Source of the DNA: Psilocybe cubensis
Lineage: Eukaryota
DNA length: 64,000 nucleotides
Assembly (NCBI GenBank): GCA_017499595.2
Contig: CM039010.1
Location: forward strand, 1,054,001 to 1,118,000
Direction: 5' to 3'
Program-made: the position numbers and the translations under genes
In this document: in pieces, positions 1-11,592 of the stretch
Layout of the letters: each line of letters starts with the position of its first letter
Position numbering within the stretch: position 1 is the stretch's first letter
Notes under the pieces: model-generated
Seen by the model: the letters and a program-made list of their open reading frames with translations, nothing else
What the model was told of the DNA's origin: nothing
Databases searched by the model: none

Positions 1-287
1 GAACGATCAGGGGTGACTGGTATGTTGATCCAGGACCAAATAACGGGCAGGTTCCATGCGATATTTCTCCACTCCTTGCATATTTTGCCGAGGAGGAGTG
101 GAAAAGAGTTGCGACAACTCAGGCGTTTGCATTTGTCGTGTGGGTGTCGATGGCAGGGAGTGATAAAAAATATGAATATGCGCTGGATGACATTAGGCGG
201 TAGAGCCTTCCGACGCGCCGAGATGGTTGATTGGTCCTTTTCAGGAATCGCTTCCGCTGTTAATGATGTTTTCTCTGTAAAGGACAT
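1..287 (-). CDS. F-box domain protein, N-terminal part only (runs off the window edge; absent from ORF track)
   Basis: Manual translation from ATG at 287: MSFTEKTSLTAEAIPEKDQSTISARRKALPPNVIQRIF...FPLLLGKICKEWRNIAWNLPVIWSWINIP, open to position 1. The motif nearly matches PLMLGKICKEWRRIAW of the gene at 3060-4577. Confidence 0.85.
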   Translation of the reverse strand, partial: MSFTEKTSLTAEAIPEKDQSTISARRKALPPNVIQRIFIFFITPCHRHPHDKCKRLSCRNSFPLLLGKICKEWRNIAWNLPVIWSWINIPVTPDR

Positions 288-523
288 TGTGAATGTACAG
301 GAAAGTGTTAGAAACTGACCTTGTACGGTAATGTAACGGTGCACAACTTAATATCACAAGGCCGGCTGCGGAGTGGAAACCTCTGACGGACACCACCACT
401 TGGCGAATGACTCAACTAAGGCTGCGTGCACATCTGATCAAAGCACTTTATATATAGAAACATTACACATGATTGTACATCATAGAAGTAAGTATATTCG
501 AACTGCCGCCAAAACCATCCGAA

Positions 524-2077
524 TTAGGGACCATCGATATTAACAACAACATTTGACGAAAATGAACGCAAATGGTCATAAAAGGTGTCAGCCTCGGTGG
601 GACTCTTCCCATCCAACCAATGACGATTGTGGCAATGTATATCCAGCTCAAGGCGTTTGGGGACGGAGATATCTGCCTTCGAGCTAGCATCAGCGGTGCT
701 TGAGGCCTGAATGAGACGTGACCTGGATTCGACCATATCCACAAAGTTTTGCGGGTCGAAAGAAACATCTCCATGAAACCTAAAATTCCTAAGATTGGGG
801 ACAGTCGATTTTACTCCCGCCGCAGATGACGAATCGGTTTCAGGTGTGAGGAGGTCGATGGATCGATTAGTCAAGGTGGGCCCGAAATCAATATTAATCG
901 CCTCAAGGTAAGGCAACGCGTTTAGAAGGTCCATAAAATCCTGCTCCACGAAAGATAATGACGGGAAATTGACAATAATGGAGAAGTGCTTGAGCTTGCA
1001 GTTTGAACGTTTCACCATCCGGATTGCATTGGCCACCCAAAGTCCGGGAATGGCTTCTTCCGGTTCCATAATTGAGGACAAATATTGCAAATTTGGTGCA
1101 GTGATATTGCGCATCAATTGACTGAGCCAATAAGATTCCCCCAAGTAGGAGATTCGATCCAACGACGGAAGATTATGAGGGTTTTCCACTATTTGTGAAT
1201 CGATATCGTCGTCATCTGTGTTGTCGGGGCAGTTGAAGTTCAAATAAACGAGAGAGCGACATTGTCGGATAACGTCTAGGAGGGGCTCTACTGCGCACGA
1301 TACATACAGTGAGGTAAGTTGTGACCAGTCCACTGAGATATTTGGGAATTCCAGTGTTTCAGCAACAGAGAGATGGAGTTCTCGAAGCTGAGAGGGGAAA
1401 TTGAGAGGCCATTCAGCGAAGTATTGTGTAGATTCGCCGGTATAAAGTCGCTCTAGTTCCGGAAATTGAAAGGCCACCCCACAGCTATTCATGGTCGATA
1501 TTAAACCATCGAACATGCCATCGTAGATACCCACAGATTTCCATCGATGGCAAGTTTGTAAAATGGTATGATAGAGCGCTGGAGGAGGGGTCCATGTTTT
1601 CTTTACCGAGTCCGGGTGCAAATTGAGCGTCAGAGATATCAAACGACCAGCACTCCTGTCAAGCCATTTTTCAAGGAGTCGGAGCTGATCATCGAACCGT
1701 GAATCTGCCAATGAAATTGTTACATCTTGCCATAAGCGGGATTGAGACCAAGCGATTTCTCTCCAAGCTCTACACGTCCTTCCAATAACGAATTGTACCG
1801 GTAGGCGTGCGTAATCATACCGGTAGCGCCAGTCGTAGGAATGATAAAATATTTCAGATATGACGTCTACCGGAAGAGAAAGGAATGGGGATGAATCGTT
1901 TAAGTGCTCCTTGAGTTTGCGGCCTTCTTCGCGAAGTTCCTCTAGCTGGCGTTCCGCTTCTTTTATCTTGACCTCGTGCGCCAAAACATCTCTTTGAATC
2001 TGTTCCCTAGTCGGTAACTTTGGTATAATGCCAGAATCGACATTGGTTATCGCGCCATGCTGTTGCAACTTGACCAT
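524..2077 (-). CDS. Agaric-type F-box / RNI-like LRR protein, intronless ORF
   Basis: N-terminal coiled coil, then LPVDVISEIF...VIGRTCRAWREIAWSQSRLW (F-box-like), WLDRS and leucine-rich repeats. First ATG is at 2077; the ORF track starts at GTG 2104. Confidence 0.85.
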   Translation of the reverse strand: MVKLQQHGAITNVDSGIIPKLPTREQIQRDVLAHEVKIKEAERQLEELREEGRKLKEHLNDSSPFLSLPVDVISEIFYHSYDWRYRYDYARLPVQFVIGRTCRAWREIAWSQSRLWQDVTISLADSRFDDQLRLLEKWLDRSAGRLISLTLNLHPDSVKKTWTPPPALYHTILQTCHRWKSVGIYDGMFDGLISTMNSCGVAFQFPELERLYTGESTQYFAEWPLNFPSQLRELHLSVAETLEFPNISVDWSQLTSLYVSCAVEPLLDVIRQCRSLVYLNFNCPDNTDDDDIDSQIVENPHNLPSLDRISYLGESYWLSQLMRNITAPNLQYLSSIMEPEEAIPGLWVANAIRMVKRSNCKLKHFSIIVNFPSLSFVEQDFMDLLNALPYLEAINIDFGPTLTNRSIDLLTPETDSSSAAGVKSTVPNLRNFRFHGDVSFDPQNFVDMVESRSRLIQASSTADASSKADISVPKRLELDIHCHNRHWLDGKSPTEADTFYDHLRSFSSNVVVNIDGP

Positions 2078-3059
2078 CTCTGTCTGACCGTTTGAAAGGG
2101 ACACAAGGGTGAAAGTTAAGCGGTATTCGAGAGAACATCAGAACAGGTTTATATCGGTTAATGGAAGAATTACTCACAGTCAAGATATATAGGAGAAAAA
2201 ACCTACGAGAAATTGAGAACTATCGTGGCAGGTGGTAGTGCAGATGAAGGATGTTATCGGATGATTTTTGGTTGACGTTGCAGATTAAAAAATATTTACG
2301 TAAGCGTAATGGAACCCCTGTACGCCGCCGTTATTTAATCTATATCCTAGATTTAAAAGAAAAAGTATTCCTCGTATAAGCTTAATAGTCACTAATGTGG
2401 TTCATACATTCAGACTTTCCTCAAAAAATACATTTAATGATTTTTGATGTCAGGATCACCAACGCGCGAAAAATCTAAGTCCAATATGTCACGTGGCCTT
2501 GTGGGACTTAGAGAAATCCCGGGCCAGATGTCTTCGCAGTGAGGCCCCTCTTCAGCAACTGATTCGCCTTGCAGTGGTACCAAACAAATGGAAAACAGGG
2601 ATTATTATGAGCAGAAGACAGACATAAATATTAGAAGGTAAAAGTTTGGAAAGTTTTAACCACTGAGGTTGACAACAAGGTTATGAGCAATTAACAAACA
2701 GTTCAGCCAGGTCTCAGCTGGTAGGTCTTGGAGTTTGATGACGTCGGGGTCATCACAAAGGTCCGGTCTTAACTGTCAATTTCTAAGGATGTATACATTT
2801 CCCGGCTCAAAAAATACTCTAGTTATCGATAAGCATTTAGGATCCTGATAATACGAGGAGAGATATTCAACGAGAGATTCACAGATCAGTGATAAGTGGT
2901 AATTCAAAACTTGTGAGCTGAATGTTGAAAGATATCATCACCGTCATTTGTAGGCTGTTTCAATGCCGAGAAACCCCATGTTTTATTTTTTATTCGGCAC
3001 AGCGCCTAAAGAGACATCTGAAATCAGTGGGTTGGAGGTGTAATATACACCAAGCTTCA

Positions 3060-4577
3060 ATGTCCCTAAAAACTGACTTCAAACTACTAGCGAAAGGATC
3101 ATCAAATGTTAATCTCCAAGCTCAATCTTCTGACCTACTCTCACGGGTCCCGCCTGAGATTACCACAGAAATATTTCTGAACGTCTGCGACCGTACAATT
3201 CCCCCTACACTGGCCAAAACTTCTCCTAAATTTGATCTCCTGAGGGTGCCTTTGCCAATTGTGTATCCGTTAATGCTGGGGAAAATTTGCAAAGAGTGGC
3301 GGAGGATAGCATGGGCATGTCCTCTCCTCTGGAACGTCATCCACATCCCATTGAGCCTGCGCAAATACCAGCAGCAGATTCTTCTCCTTTCCCAATGGCT
3401 CGAGCGCTCAGCTGGCTGTGCGCTCTCCATCTACCTCGAGATGCACGACGGCGAGGGATTGTGGTGCGGAAGCGACTATCTCCGCAGCCTTTTTGCACTT
3501 CTGGTTGAACATTCCGACCGATGGGAGCATATCGATATCTTCCTGCCCAAGCCATCGAAAGGAGTTCTCAGTGGTGCCTGCCTGCGTGTACCCTTACTCC
3601 GCTCGGCGTGCATACGCGCATTGAATAGCGTCGACGTTCCCCTCGAATTTCTAGAGTGCTCTCCGAATCTGCGTTCTCTCGAGCTAAAGAGAATTTCACC
3701 GAAAGGGGTCGACTGCCAGAATCTCACTCGACTTGTTGCTAGCTTCGTATCCACCACCGACATCCTGTTCACTCTGCAAGCCGCACCAAATTTGCAGTAC
3801 TGCGAGCTGAGTAACACGTATGGTACGCCTGACTCCGCGCTCCCTATACTTCAGTTTTGTTTGCCCGCTCTCAAGACGTTAAAGCTCCGGGACTGTCATT
3901 CCTCTGCACTTTGGCCGCACTTTGGTATTGCACCACAGCTACGAGATCTTGAAATATCTGAATGGAACGACCAACTTGACCTAGAAGCGATGTCGTCTTT
4001 CCTGAGTCGCACACAGTGCCACCTGCAAAATTTGGCCATCGCTACTGGAGACAGTATGGATCAGACAGGGCTGCAAAATCTTCTGCAGGCTCTCGATTCT
4101 TTGGTATCCTTGGAGTTTCATTATCTGTTCGTTCGCGATGACACGCATCTTTTTCGTTCCTTTCTGGAGATGTTTGAGCCAGATAGTGGCCACCCCTTAA
4201 TTGATGCGCAGAATGATGATGCAGCAGCAGCAGACGACCAGGAAGACAAGTCCCAAAAAGAGGCGTCGATATTTTTGCCCAACCTCCGAAAGCTTGGGTA
4301 CCAACTACCCCTCAACACAGACGAAGCCGACCTCCAGAAGCTGATCGCAATCATCACCAAAAGATGGAAGCATGGCGATCCTACACCTACCCGCAGATGC
4401 ACAGCTGATCATTCAATTTCAGGCGGACGGAAGCGTTTTGCCCGACTGGAGGCACTGCGCTTCGATCCCTCGATATCCACTTCTCAGATACTTGATCCTC
4501 TTCGGAAAGAAATGGAAGGTGGATTAAAAATTACATTCGACCTCCCCTTTATAGATTCTGAAGATGAGGATCCATGA
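3060..4577 (+). CDS. Agaric-type F-box / RNI-like LRR protein, intronless ORF
   Basis: VPPEITTEIF...LGKICKEWRRIAWACPLLW, WLERS, LRR-like repeats. Start taken at ATG 3060 (MSLKTDF); the ORF is open from 2922. Confidence 0.85.
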   Translation: MSLKTDFKLLAKGSSNVNLQAQSSDLLSRVPPEITTEIFLNVCDRTIPPTLAKTSPKFDLLRVPLPIVYPLMLGKICKEWRRIAWACPLLWNVIHIPLSLRKYQQQILLLSQWLERSAGCALSIYLEMHDGEGLWCGSDYLRSLFALLVEHSDRWEHIDIFLPKPSKGVLSGACLRVPLLRSACIRALNSVDVPLEFLECSPNLRSLELKRISPKGVDCQNLTRLVASFVSTTDILFTLQAAPNLQYCELSNTYGTPDSALPILQFCLPALKTLKLRDCHSSALWPHFGIAPQLRDLEISEWNDQLDLEAMSSFLSRTQCHLQNLAIATGDSMDQTGLQNLLQALDSLVSLEFHYLFVRDDTHLFRSFLEMFEPDSGHPLIDAQNDDAAAADDQEDKSQKEASIFLPNLRKLGYQLPLNTDEADLQKLIAIITKRWKHGDPTPTRRCTADHSISGGRKRFARLEALRFDPSISTSQILDPLRKEMEGGLKITFDLPFIDSEDEDP

Positions 4578-4732
4578 GTGTTAGAGTATGTGTTAGCAAG
4601 AGTTAGGAGATGATAAAATATAAATAGTACACTCCAATTCATGATTGGTATATTTCCTTCCAAAACTTGAATTTCATAGACTAAGAACAAAAATAAGTCA
4701 GAAGTTCTGTTCAAAAGGATCACTTAAAGTAC

Positions 4733-6110
4733 TTACTCGACTGAACCCGTTTGCAACTTCTTCCTCAGAACTCGCACACGATCCACCAAAGCATCCGCCT
4801 CCAAATAACATCCCTTCAACCACCTATTCGGCTCTCCATCTTTAACCTCGCCTGCTCCTTCCCTATCTCTGAACGCGGTGCGTGCATGCAACACTCTTCG
4901 ATTGTCAAACATCACCGCATCACCCTCTCTCAGCGTATACTCAAACGTATTCTTCGGATCGTTCAACAGCTCCGCAAATTTAGCAAGGGCAGGGTAAAAT
5001 TCCTTTGGTGTGTTGAGAGGCAAGGGTGCTTGGAATGGAGGAGAATAGTTGATATGCGAGATCTCACTTTCCGATTGTGATTTTTGAATGAGTTCGATCG
5101 TGAAGTGCTCTCGGTGCAAGTGGTGTCCGTCGTTGACATAGTGGAAGGAGACCGGTGTCTTTGTTAGGATGTCAAAGTATGCGGGATATTCTTCACGGAG
5201 AACGCGAGCGGCATGAAGCGCGTCGACGAATATTGATGTTCCTCCGATGACCTGATTCCTCAGACAGTGAAGGATTTGGTATCGTGGGGGATGTTGGAAA
5301 TATCTGCCGGGTTTTGAAAAAAAAAAAACATCAATTCTCGCCATCCTGAACTGTTAAAAAAGCGCATATATTGACTTACAGAAGGTCCATATGTAGACCA
5401 AGATCCAGATTCGTATACGCAATATTCTTGCTGTTGCTCAAGTTGACCACATCCCACAGCAGACCGTAAAATGTCGGCCTGATCTCCCCAAACCTCTCCC
5501 CAACTCTTCTAAGCTCACATGTCTCGTTCGCTGTCTCCTTATTGGGAACACCGGTAAGAAATACCAGCCCATACTTCGCTAACTGGGTGATCGCATCCAC
5601 CAAGCCCTGATCCGTATCGCGCACAGCCGCATAGGGGAGGAACAGATCAGAAAGTTTCGACACCGACTCATTCGTCCATGCCTCCTCCGCCAGGTGTTGA
5701 TCATAATGCCACCTCTCAAGCTCAGCTGGGTCTGCATGCCGCTCCAAAAACGCACGCGCAAATGTGGACCGATGTCCATCCGCCCACGCGATGTCGATGC
5801 CCCCGGGGGTGACCTGCACGCCCTGCGCACCAGCAATTGGGCTGATGTCCAGCGGCACATCCGAGGAGCGATGCAGCTTTTGCCTGTTCGTAGGGTGCAC
5901 GCACGCTGTAGATTGACATGAATCACGCAGCCAGACGTACGGGAACGAGGTGTCTTTTAGCGCGTGTATAGTAAGCGCATCCGATGTCCTTGTCAGTGTC
6001 GTCCAGGTCCTCTTCTGGGTTGATCGAGGGTTGCTTCTGCCTCCTAGAGCGCTGAGACTCCTTCTGGCTGCGTGTTTCTTTAAGCAGGATGTGGAGATAG
6101 AACCCAGCAT
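4733..6110 (-). CDS. Gamma-butyrobetaine dioxygenase-like Fe(II)/2-oxoglutarate dioxygenase (TauD/clavaminate synthase fold, AIM17-like), probably mitochondrial
   Basis: Two exons, intron 5304-5379. N-terminal WLRDSCQSTAC (GBBH-like domain), NIAYTNLDLGLHMDLLYF (HxD), FDNRRVLHART, RWLKGCY. Arg/Ser-rich presequence. Confidence 0.88.
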
Positions 6111-6695
6111 AGTGAGAGTCCGTGGCTAGGTAGCAGATGAAGAAAAAAAGTTAAAAGACGTGTTTGCGATTAGCGCAAGTATTCCAGATCTAGAAGTAGT
6201 CCGGCTATGGTGGCAATGAAAGCCGATAATTGGTGCCGGTCTTGTAACCAAACTCATACTTCGCCTCCGCTATTGATCCGACCATGTGCGCCATTACACC
6301 CGAGACGTTGCAAAAGCAAACTTTAAAGCACTCAGCACAATCACTACCACAATATACTTTCATATTAACGGGTGTTATCTATATCAAGTTCACTATCTGG
6401 AACATTAAGAAGCTACCAAACACAAAAAGTCCGTAACGGCTCTAAATTTCTCTTGTATCAATGTATGTATGTACGTATTGTGTATATTCCGAAGGTTCCG
6501 GTCTCGATCGCCAACCCGCTCATCCATAGGGGCGGTGACATAGAAGAGGGGTGTCCATCCATCCAAAAAGTGGGGAGAAAAGGGCGCCCGAATAGGCGGG
6601 AGAAGATGGGAGTGATTACGATGCTTTACAAAGGAAAGTCCATGAAAAATTGGATGGGATTTTGTAGGAGGTATCATCATCGCTAGTCCAGCCGA

Positions 6696-8700
6696 TTAGA
6701 GAACGCTCGAAGGTCTGCCAATGGTAGTGACCTAAATTCAGGGATCACACACAAACGCACGATTGTCAGCAAAAACGCGGAAATGAAAAAGCATCGTGGA
6801 CGAAGGGAGAAAACATACCGTAAAGCCAATCTTCCTCAGCTTCTCAGCGTCCACGATCAGTCGACCGTCAAATACAAACGCGGGCTTGTTCATGCCGGCA
6901 TAGACAGCCTCCCAGTCAATGTCCTTGAACTCCTTCCACTCAGTGGCGATGACGACAGCCTCGGCGTTCTTGCACGCCTCGAGGGCCGATTTGCAGATAT
7001 GCACCTGCTTTTGGACTAAAAAAGACATATTACATCAACACGCAAAGTTCGGTGACTAATAAATTGAACACATACTGCTCTCCAAAGTCGAGAGTGGGCT
7101 GGCTTCCTGGAGATCAAGCCAGATCTGATCAGCAGACACTTGGGGGTCGTACACGTTGACCAGAGCTTTCTCCGACTGGAAGTCCTTAATCAAAGTGATC
7201 GCAGCGGACTCGCGAGTATCGCCGGTGTCAGCCTTGAAGGCAAATCCAAGGACGGCAATTCGCTGTGCACAACAAATGAGCACGAGCCATTATGATAAAA
7301 CCATAAAGCAATGACGAACCTTGCCAGTGATAGTGTTGAAGAGAGTGTCCACAACCCTCTTTGAGAATCGGCGCTTCTGGTACTCATTCATCTCAACAAC
7401 TTGGCGCCAGTACGCAGCGACCTCGGGCAAGTGCAGACTCTCGCTTAGATACACCAAGTTGAGGATATCCTTCTGGAAGCACGATCCTCCGAAACCAACA
7501 CTGGCCTTGAGGAATTTAGGGCCAATTCGCGAATCATAGCCAATAGCGTGTGAGACTTCATCAATGTTTGCACCGGTGGCTTCGCAGATAGCGGACAGGG
7601 CATTGATGGAGGAGATACGCTGGGCGAGCATGGCGTTCGCGGCGAGCTTGGAAAGTTCTGATGACCACAAGCCGACGGTGAGGATCCGCTCTTCACTATT
7701 TTAGACCCATCATTCGCCACTGATTCCAGTTGTACATTGAAACTGAAAAGACTCACGGAACCCAGTTGGAGTACACCTGCTTCAAGCTTTCGCAAGCATT
7801 GATACCTTCCTCTGTCTGGAGGGAGCCGATCAAGACGCGATCAGGGCTGAAAAGGTCAGAAATGGCGGTTCCTTCAGCAAGGAATTCGGGGTTGGAGAGG
7901 ATGTCGAATCGGCAGTTGGGTTTAGAATTGGCCTCGAGAATAGTGCGCATGGACTCGGCGGTACGACATGGCACAGTCGATTTCTCCACCACAATTTTGG
8001 ATGAAGTGGCAACAGTCGCGATGCGGCGCGTGGCAAGTTCAACATAGCTTTATATAGAATGGAAGAAGCACAGAACATAGTCCAAAGATAAATGAAAAAA
8101 AATCATGTCAGATCAATCAGCCCCTGGAACATTGAAAATTGAGATGCAGAAGGTTACGTACTTGAGGTCAGCGGCGAACCCAGCTCCTACGCCGCTCTTC
8201 TTCGTTGGGGTGTTGACACTGACAAAGATCAGGTCAGCCTCCTCAATGGCCTTGTCGACGTCTGTCGAGAAGAAGAGGTTGCGGCCGCGAGCTTGGCGAA
8301 CGACGTCCTCCAGACCTGGCTCATAAATGGGCAGGGCAAAATCAGGACTGTTCCATGCATCAACGCGAGCCTTGTTGAGATCGACGATTGTGACGGTGAT
8401 ATGTGGGCATTTAAGGGCAATAACGGCGCAAGTGGGACCACCTGTAGAATAGGGCAAGGGGTAAATACAAATGATGCGAATTTCGAGATATTTCGTGCCC
8501 GCTGGTGAGCTCGCCCAGTGCAAAAGCGAGCCAGCGGGCTTTAGAGCGTGAGTGGGTGCTCACCGACGTAGCCAGCACCGACTAAACCGCGGAGAGGGCA
8601 AGGGGGTGGTAGAAGGTTCTAATCAGTAAACCGCCGTTCGGGGATGTTCAGGAGACATTGACGCACTGCAGCAAATCTTGGAGACCTTAACGGGGGCCAT
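6696..8700 (-). CDS. UGD1: UDP-glucose 6-dehydrogenase
   Basis: Spliced model: [78 protein letters not shown] (catalytic Cys), [14 protein letters not shown]. Stop at 6696-6698. Confidence 0.97.
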
Positions 8701-9681
8701 TTCTAATAGTCTATTGAGAGGAGGTGGGTGAAGGGGAAGAAGATGGAAGTTGGAAGAGAAGACGCGTTGATAAATAAAAAGATTATGTATTGTCTAAAGG
8801 GCGTTCCTCCTTATGTCACATTTTCGGAATCTAGGCCTTATTTGGCTCTTTTCCTCCGTTGGCTTATCCTCCCTCGGATGAACTACCTCCCGCACGACTG
8901 CCCCTTGAACCTGGATTTCATTCATTGTCGTGCCTTGTTTTATGGCCCAGCTCATTTCTAGCTGCTACTAGTCGGTACAGGTCGGCGCTCACCCTATCGT
9001 GATAACTTACCGTCTTCAACCATCGCTCGCGATAGTCGCATGGATTTACAAACACTTACACGGCCTCCCCGGAGACTCTTGGCAAGGGTTCCTTTGATGC
9101 TGCCAGTCAGCCTAGAAGATATCATTGCATGCACGGCTATCGCCTTGTTGTTGAGCTGAAACCTTCCTTTTCATCGATCTTTGACTGATATGTTGCCGGT
9201 CATGTCACATCATTGTTTGAAGGGAACCCTCATCCAATTTGTCGTTGAAGCTCTATGACGTCCATCCTGTCAAGCAAAGATGGCTGATGTACATGAGAAT
9301 ACGCATTTTCTCCTCAAGTTACCGTTGTGAAGGTATCCTTTGCACCAAAGCTAGACGCCTGCAAATCTCGTGCAACAGAAACGTTGCTTCAATTGACAAA
9401 TCCTGCATCCATCCATCGCGTAATTTCGTATCTTTTTATCCGATGTTTCCCGAATTAAACATCGTGCTGACGCTCATGTACAAGCTGTAGATACGAAACA
9501 ATCAACGCATTGTCCCCGTCCCTTCTTGTGTTCTCGAGAAGGAATTTGCACACGCATACTTCTTCGTGGCTTCAGCGGCTATCTTATTCTCCACCGCTGT
9601 CTACCTTGGGAATTAGGATCACACTATGGCCTCAGAAGCCATACTCCAGCGAACTAATGGACAACTTTTATCAAACTAACC

Positions 9682-11199
9682 TTATTCGAGGAACCAGAGG
9701 GAGAACTCAACCTTCATACCCTCTCGCATCGCGTTGCCTAGAAATTGCATCACGTCCCCACCGTATTGTTCAGGGATTTTGGCAGACAAGAGCTTCGTAA
9801 AGTTGCACGTAGTAGCAGCTGAGAGAGACGACGAATTCGATTCGATATTTGCTGGAGATCCCACTGTCCAACGACGGCTGAGCATCTCAAGAACCGTTGG
9901 GATGGATTGATATTTTGCGGTGCTCAGTAATTCAAGATGTTGCAGGTGAGGCAAGAGAATCGAGTTTTTGAAAGGTCCTTGCGGAGAATGATGGAGGAAT
10001 CTATGCAACGGTTGTTCCAAGGGATTTAAAAGTATCGCGATGTATTCTGCGACCGCAGACCATGAGCCGTAATCCCCGATGTAATGGATGATAAGCGTCG
10101 TCAACATAGGGGTGTGTGTTAAAAGCGGATGAACGGTAAAATTGACACATGTTGGAGTTAATTTTCTTGTTTCGAGTTCGAGGAGACGAAGGGAGCACAA
10201 AGAACGTGCGATAAAAGTTCTTAGAGAATCAGGAGGGAGACATTCCTGTAAGTGAGTTGTATATCGTAATTCGCGAAGGAGAGGGGCGGTCGTGAAGTAT
10301 GGGAGTATAACAGTGGAAGCAGCAAAACAGTCTCGTATAATGAGGGTCTCCAAATGATTCATGTATATCGGTTGGCAGGTAGTTGAATTGGAACCGAACT
10401 GAGTTAAAATATCTCCAGATACATTGTCTAGATACAGCCATCGAAGACGTGGTGTATGCCGAAGAATGTCCCATAGCCAGTTCTCTATGTCTGATATCGA
10501 AGATACGCTGAGATGGGTAAGATGAAGGTAAGAGATCTTAGTCGTAGTGCTAGGTATTCTGGTTCCTTGAAGCGACAACTCCTGCAAAAATGATGCATGC
10601 TGTAAGAACGTTGCATATGACCCCGGCGATGATGAGTGCCATGCCGATAATGTCGAGTATAAGGATGCTCTACGAAGCATAGGTAATTGGTTACATGAGA
10701 TCAGAGGATCCGAGTCTGAAGGAGAGAAAAGGTGAAGGATATTTATATTGTGCCATCGATGACATTCGCGCGATAAAGTTTCGTACAGAATGTATAGCTC
10801 CTCCGCAGGGAACCCACGCCTTGGAATTCGGAAACTTTCGGCCCTTTGGACCAATATGGTGAGGGGAAATTGACCAGAACGACGGAGATACCCTTCTGAT
10901 AGTCGTATCAGGGCTTTAAGCTTGTCCGGCTTGAGAGAGATGACTAGATGTATAGATGACCAGAGCGATTTGGATGAGTTAGAAATCTCTTTCCACAATG
11001 TACATACACGAGAGAGCAAAATTGGAGTAGAACGGAGTACTGTAGAACGGATTACGGGCGTGTGTGGGTACGAACTCAAGGGGTGCCCAGAGGTCCATCT
11101 TCCCAGATGGGAGGTTGAGTTCGGGTCAAAAAATGCATTGGGTATCTCACAAGCATGGTGAAAGATATCCAGTAGCAGTTCGGGGGGTAAAGTATCCAT
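9682..11199 (-). CDS. Agaric-type F-box / RNI-like LRR protein, intronless ORF
   Basis: MDTLPPELLLDIF...PILLSRVCTLWKEISNSSKSLWSSI, YLRRSGQFPL, LRR-like repeats. Start taken at ATG 11199; the ORF is open from 11307. Confidence 0.85.
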   Translation of the reverse strand: MDTLPPELLLDIFHHACEIPNAFFDPNSTSHLGRWTSGHPLSSYPHTPVIRSTVLRSTPILLSRVCTLWKEISNSSKSLWSSIHLVISLKPDKLKALIRLSEGYLRRSGQFPLTILVQRAESFRIPRRGFPAEELYILYETLSRECHRWHNINILHLFSPSDSDPLISCNQLPMLRRASLYSTLSAWHSSSPGSYATFLQHASFLQELSLQGTRIPSTTTKISYLHLTHLSVSSISDIENWLWDILRHTPRLRWLYLDNVSGDILTQFGSNSTTCQPIYMNHLETLIIRDCFAASTVILPYFTTAPLLRELRYTTHLQECLPPDSLRTFIARSLCSLRLLELETRKLTPTCVNFTVHPLLTHTPMLTTLIIHYIGDYGSWSAVAEYIAILLNPLEQPLHRFLHHSPQGPFKNSILLPHLQHLELLSTAKYQSIPTVLEMLSRRWTVGSPANIESNSSSLSAATTCNFTKLLSAKIPEQYGGDVMQFLGNAMREGMKVEFSLWFLE

Positions 11200-11323
11200 T
11201 GCACAGAGCGTCTGTATGATTCGGAATGGGTTTTGGAAAGAGGGAAATTCGGGAAAATTCTCATGCTTATAGTTTCGGAAATTGCCGTAAAGTGGCCTTT
11301 CCATCACACCAAAAAAGTCGTTT

Positions 11324-11395
11324 TAGCAGCAACTCGTTTCGATCGAGTGACCTCAGGGTTATGAGCCCTGCGCGCTACCACTGCGCCATGCTGCT
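11324..11395 (-). tRNA. Initiator tRNA-Met (CAT), copy 1
   Basis: AGCAGCATGGCGCAGTGGTAGCGCGCAGGGCTCATAACCCTGAGGTCACTCGATCGAAACGAGTTGCTGCTA: 72 nt cloverleaf, A1:U72, three G:C pairs closing the anticodon stem, A54/A60 T-loop. A T6 Pol III terminator follows at 11311-11316. Confidence 0.97.
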
Positions 11396-11592
11396 ATAAA
11401 GCCCAATTTCAGTCTAAACCAATACATTTAATCCGCAGGAAATGCAGATTCGAGAAATGAACGACTTTTCATTCACGAAATACAACAGCGTTCTTCAAGG
11501 TAATCGATTCAAAGAGCATATGTACCAAGCACTACACTGAGTTTCAAAGAAATTTAAGTAGTATAAAGATACCCAAAGGCATAGAAACTTCA

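Noticed and set aside
13-318. 101 aa plus-strand ORF
   Set aside because: Antisense shadow of the minus-strand F-box gene at 1-287.
5317-5328. A12 run as a retro-insertion tail
   Set aside because: It is the polypyrimidine tract of the minus-strand dioxygenase intron.
11324-11395. tRNA-iMet sequences as retrotransposon primer-binding sites or SINEs
   Set aside because: Both copies are full cloverleafs with T-run terminators; no LTRs, gag/pol remnants or shared flanks were seen.
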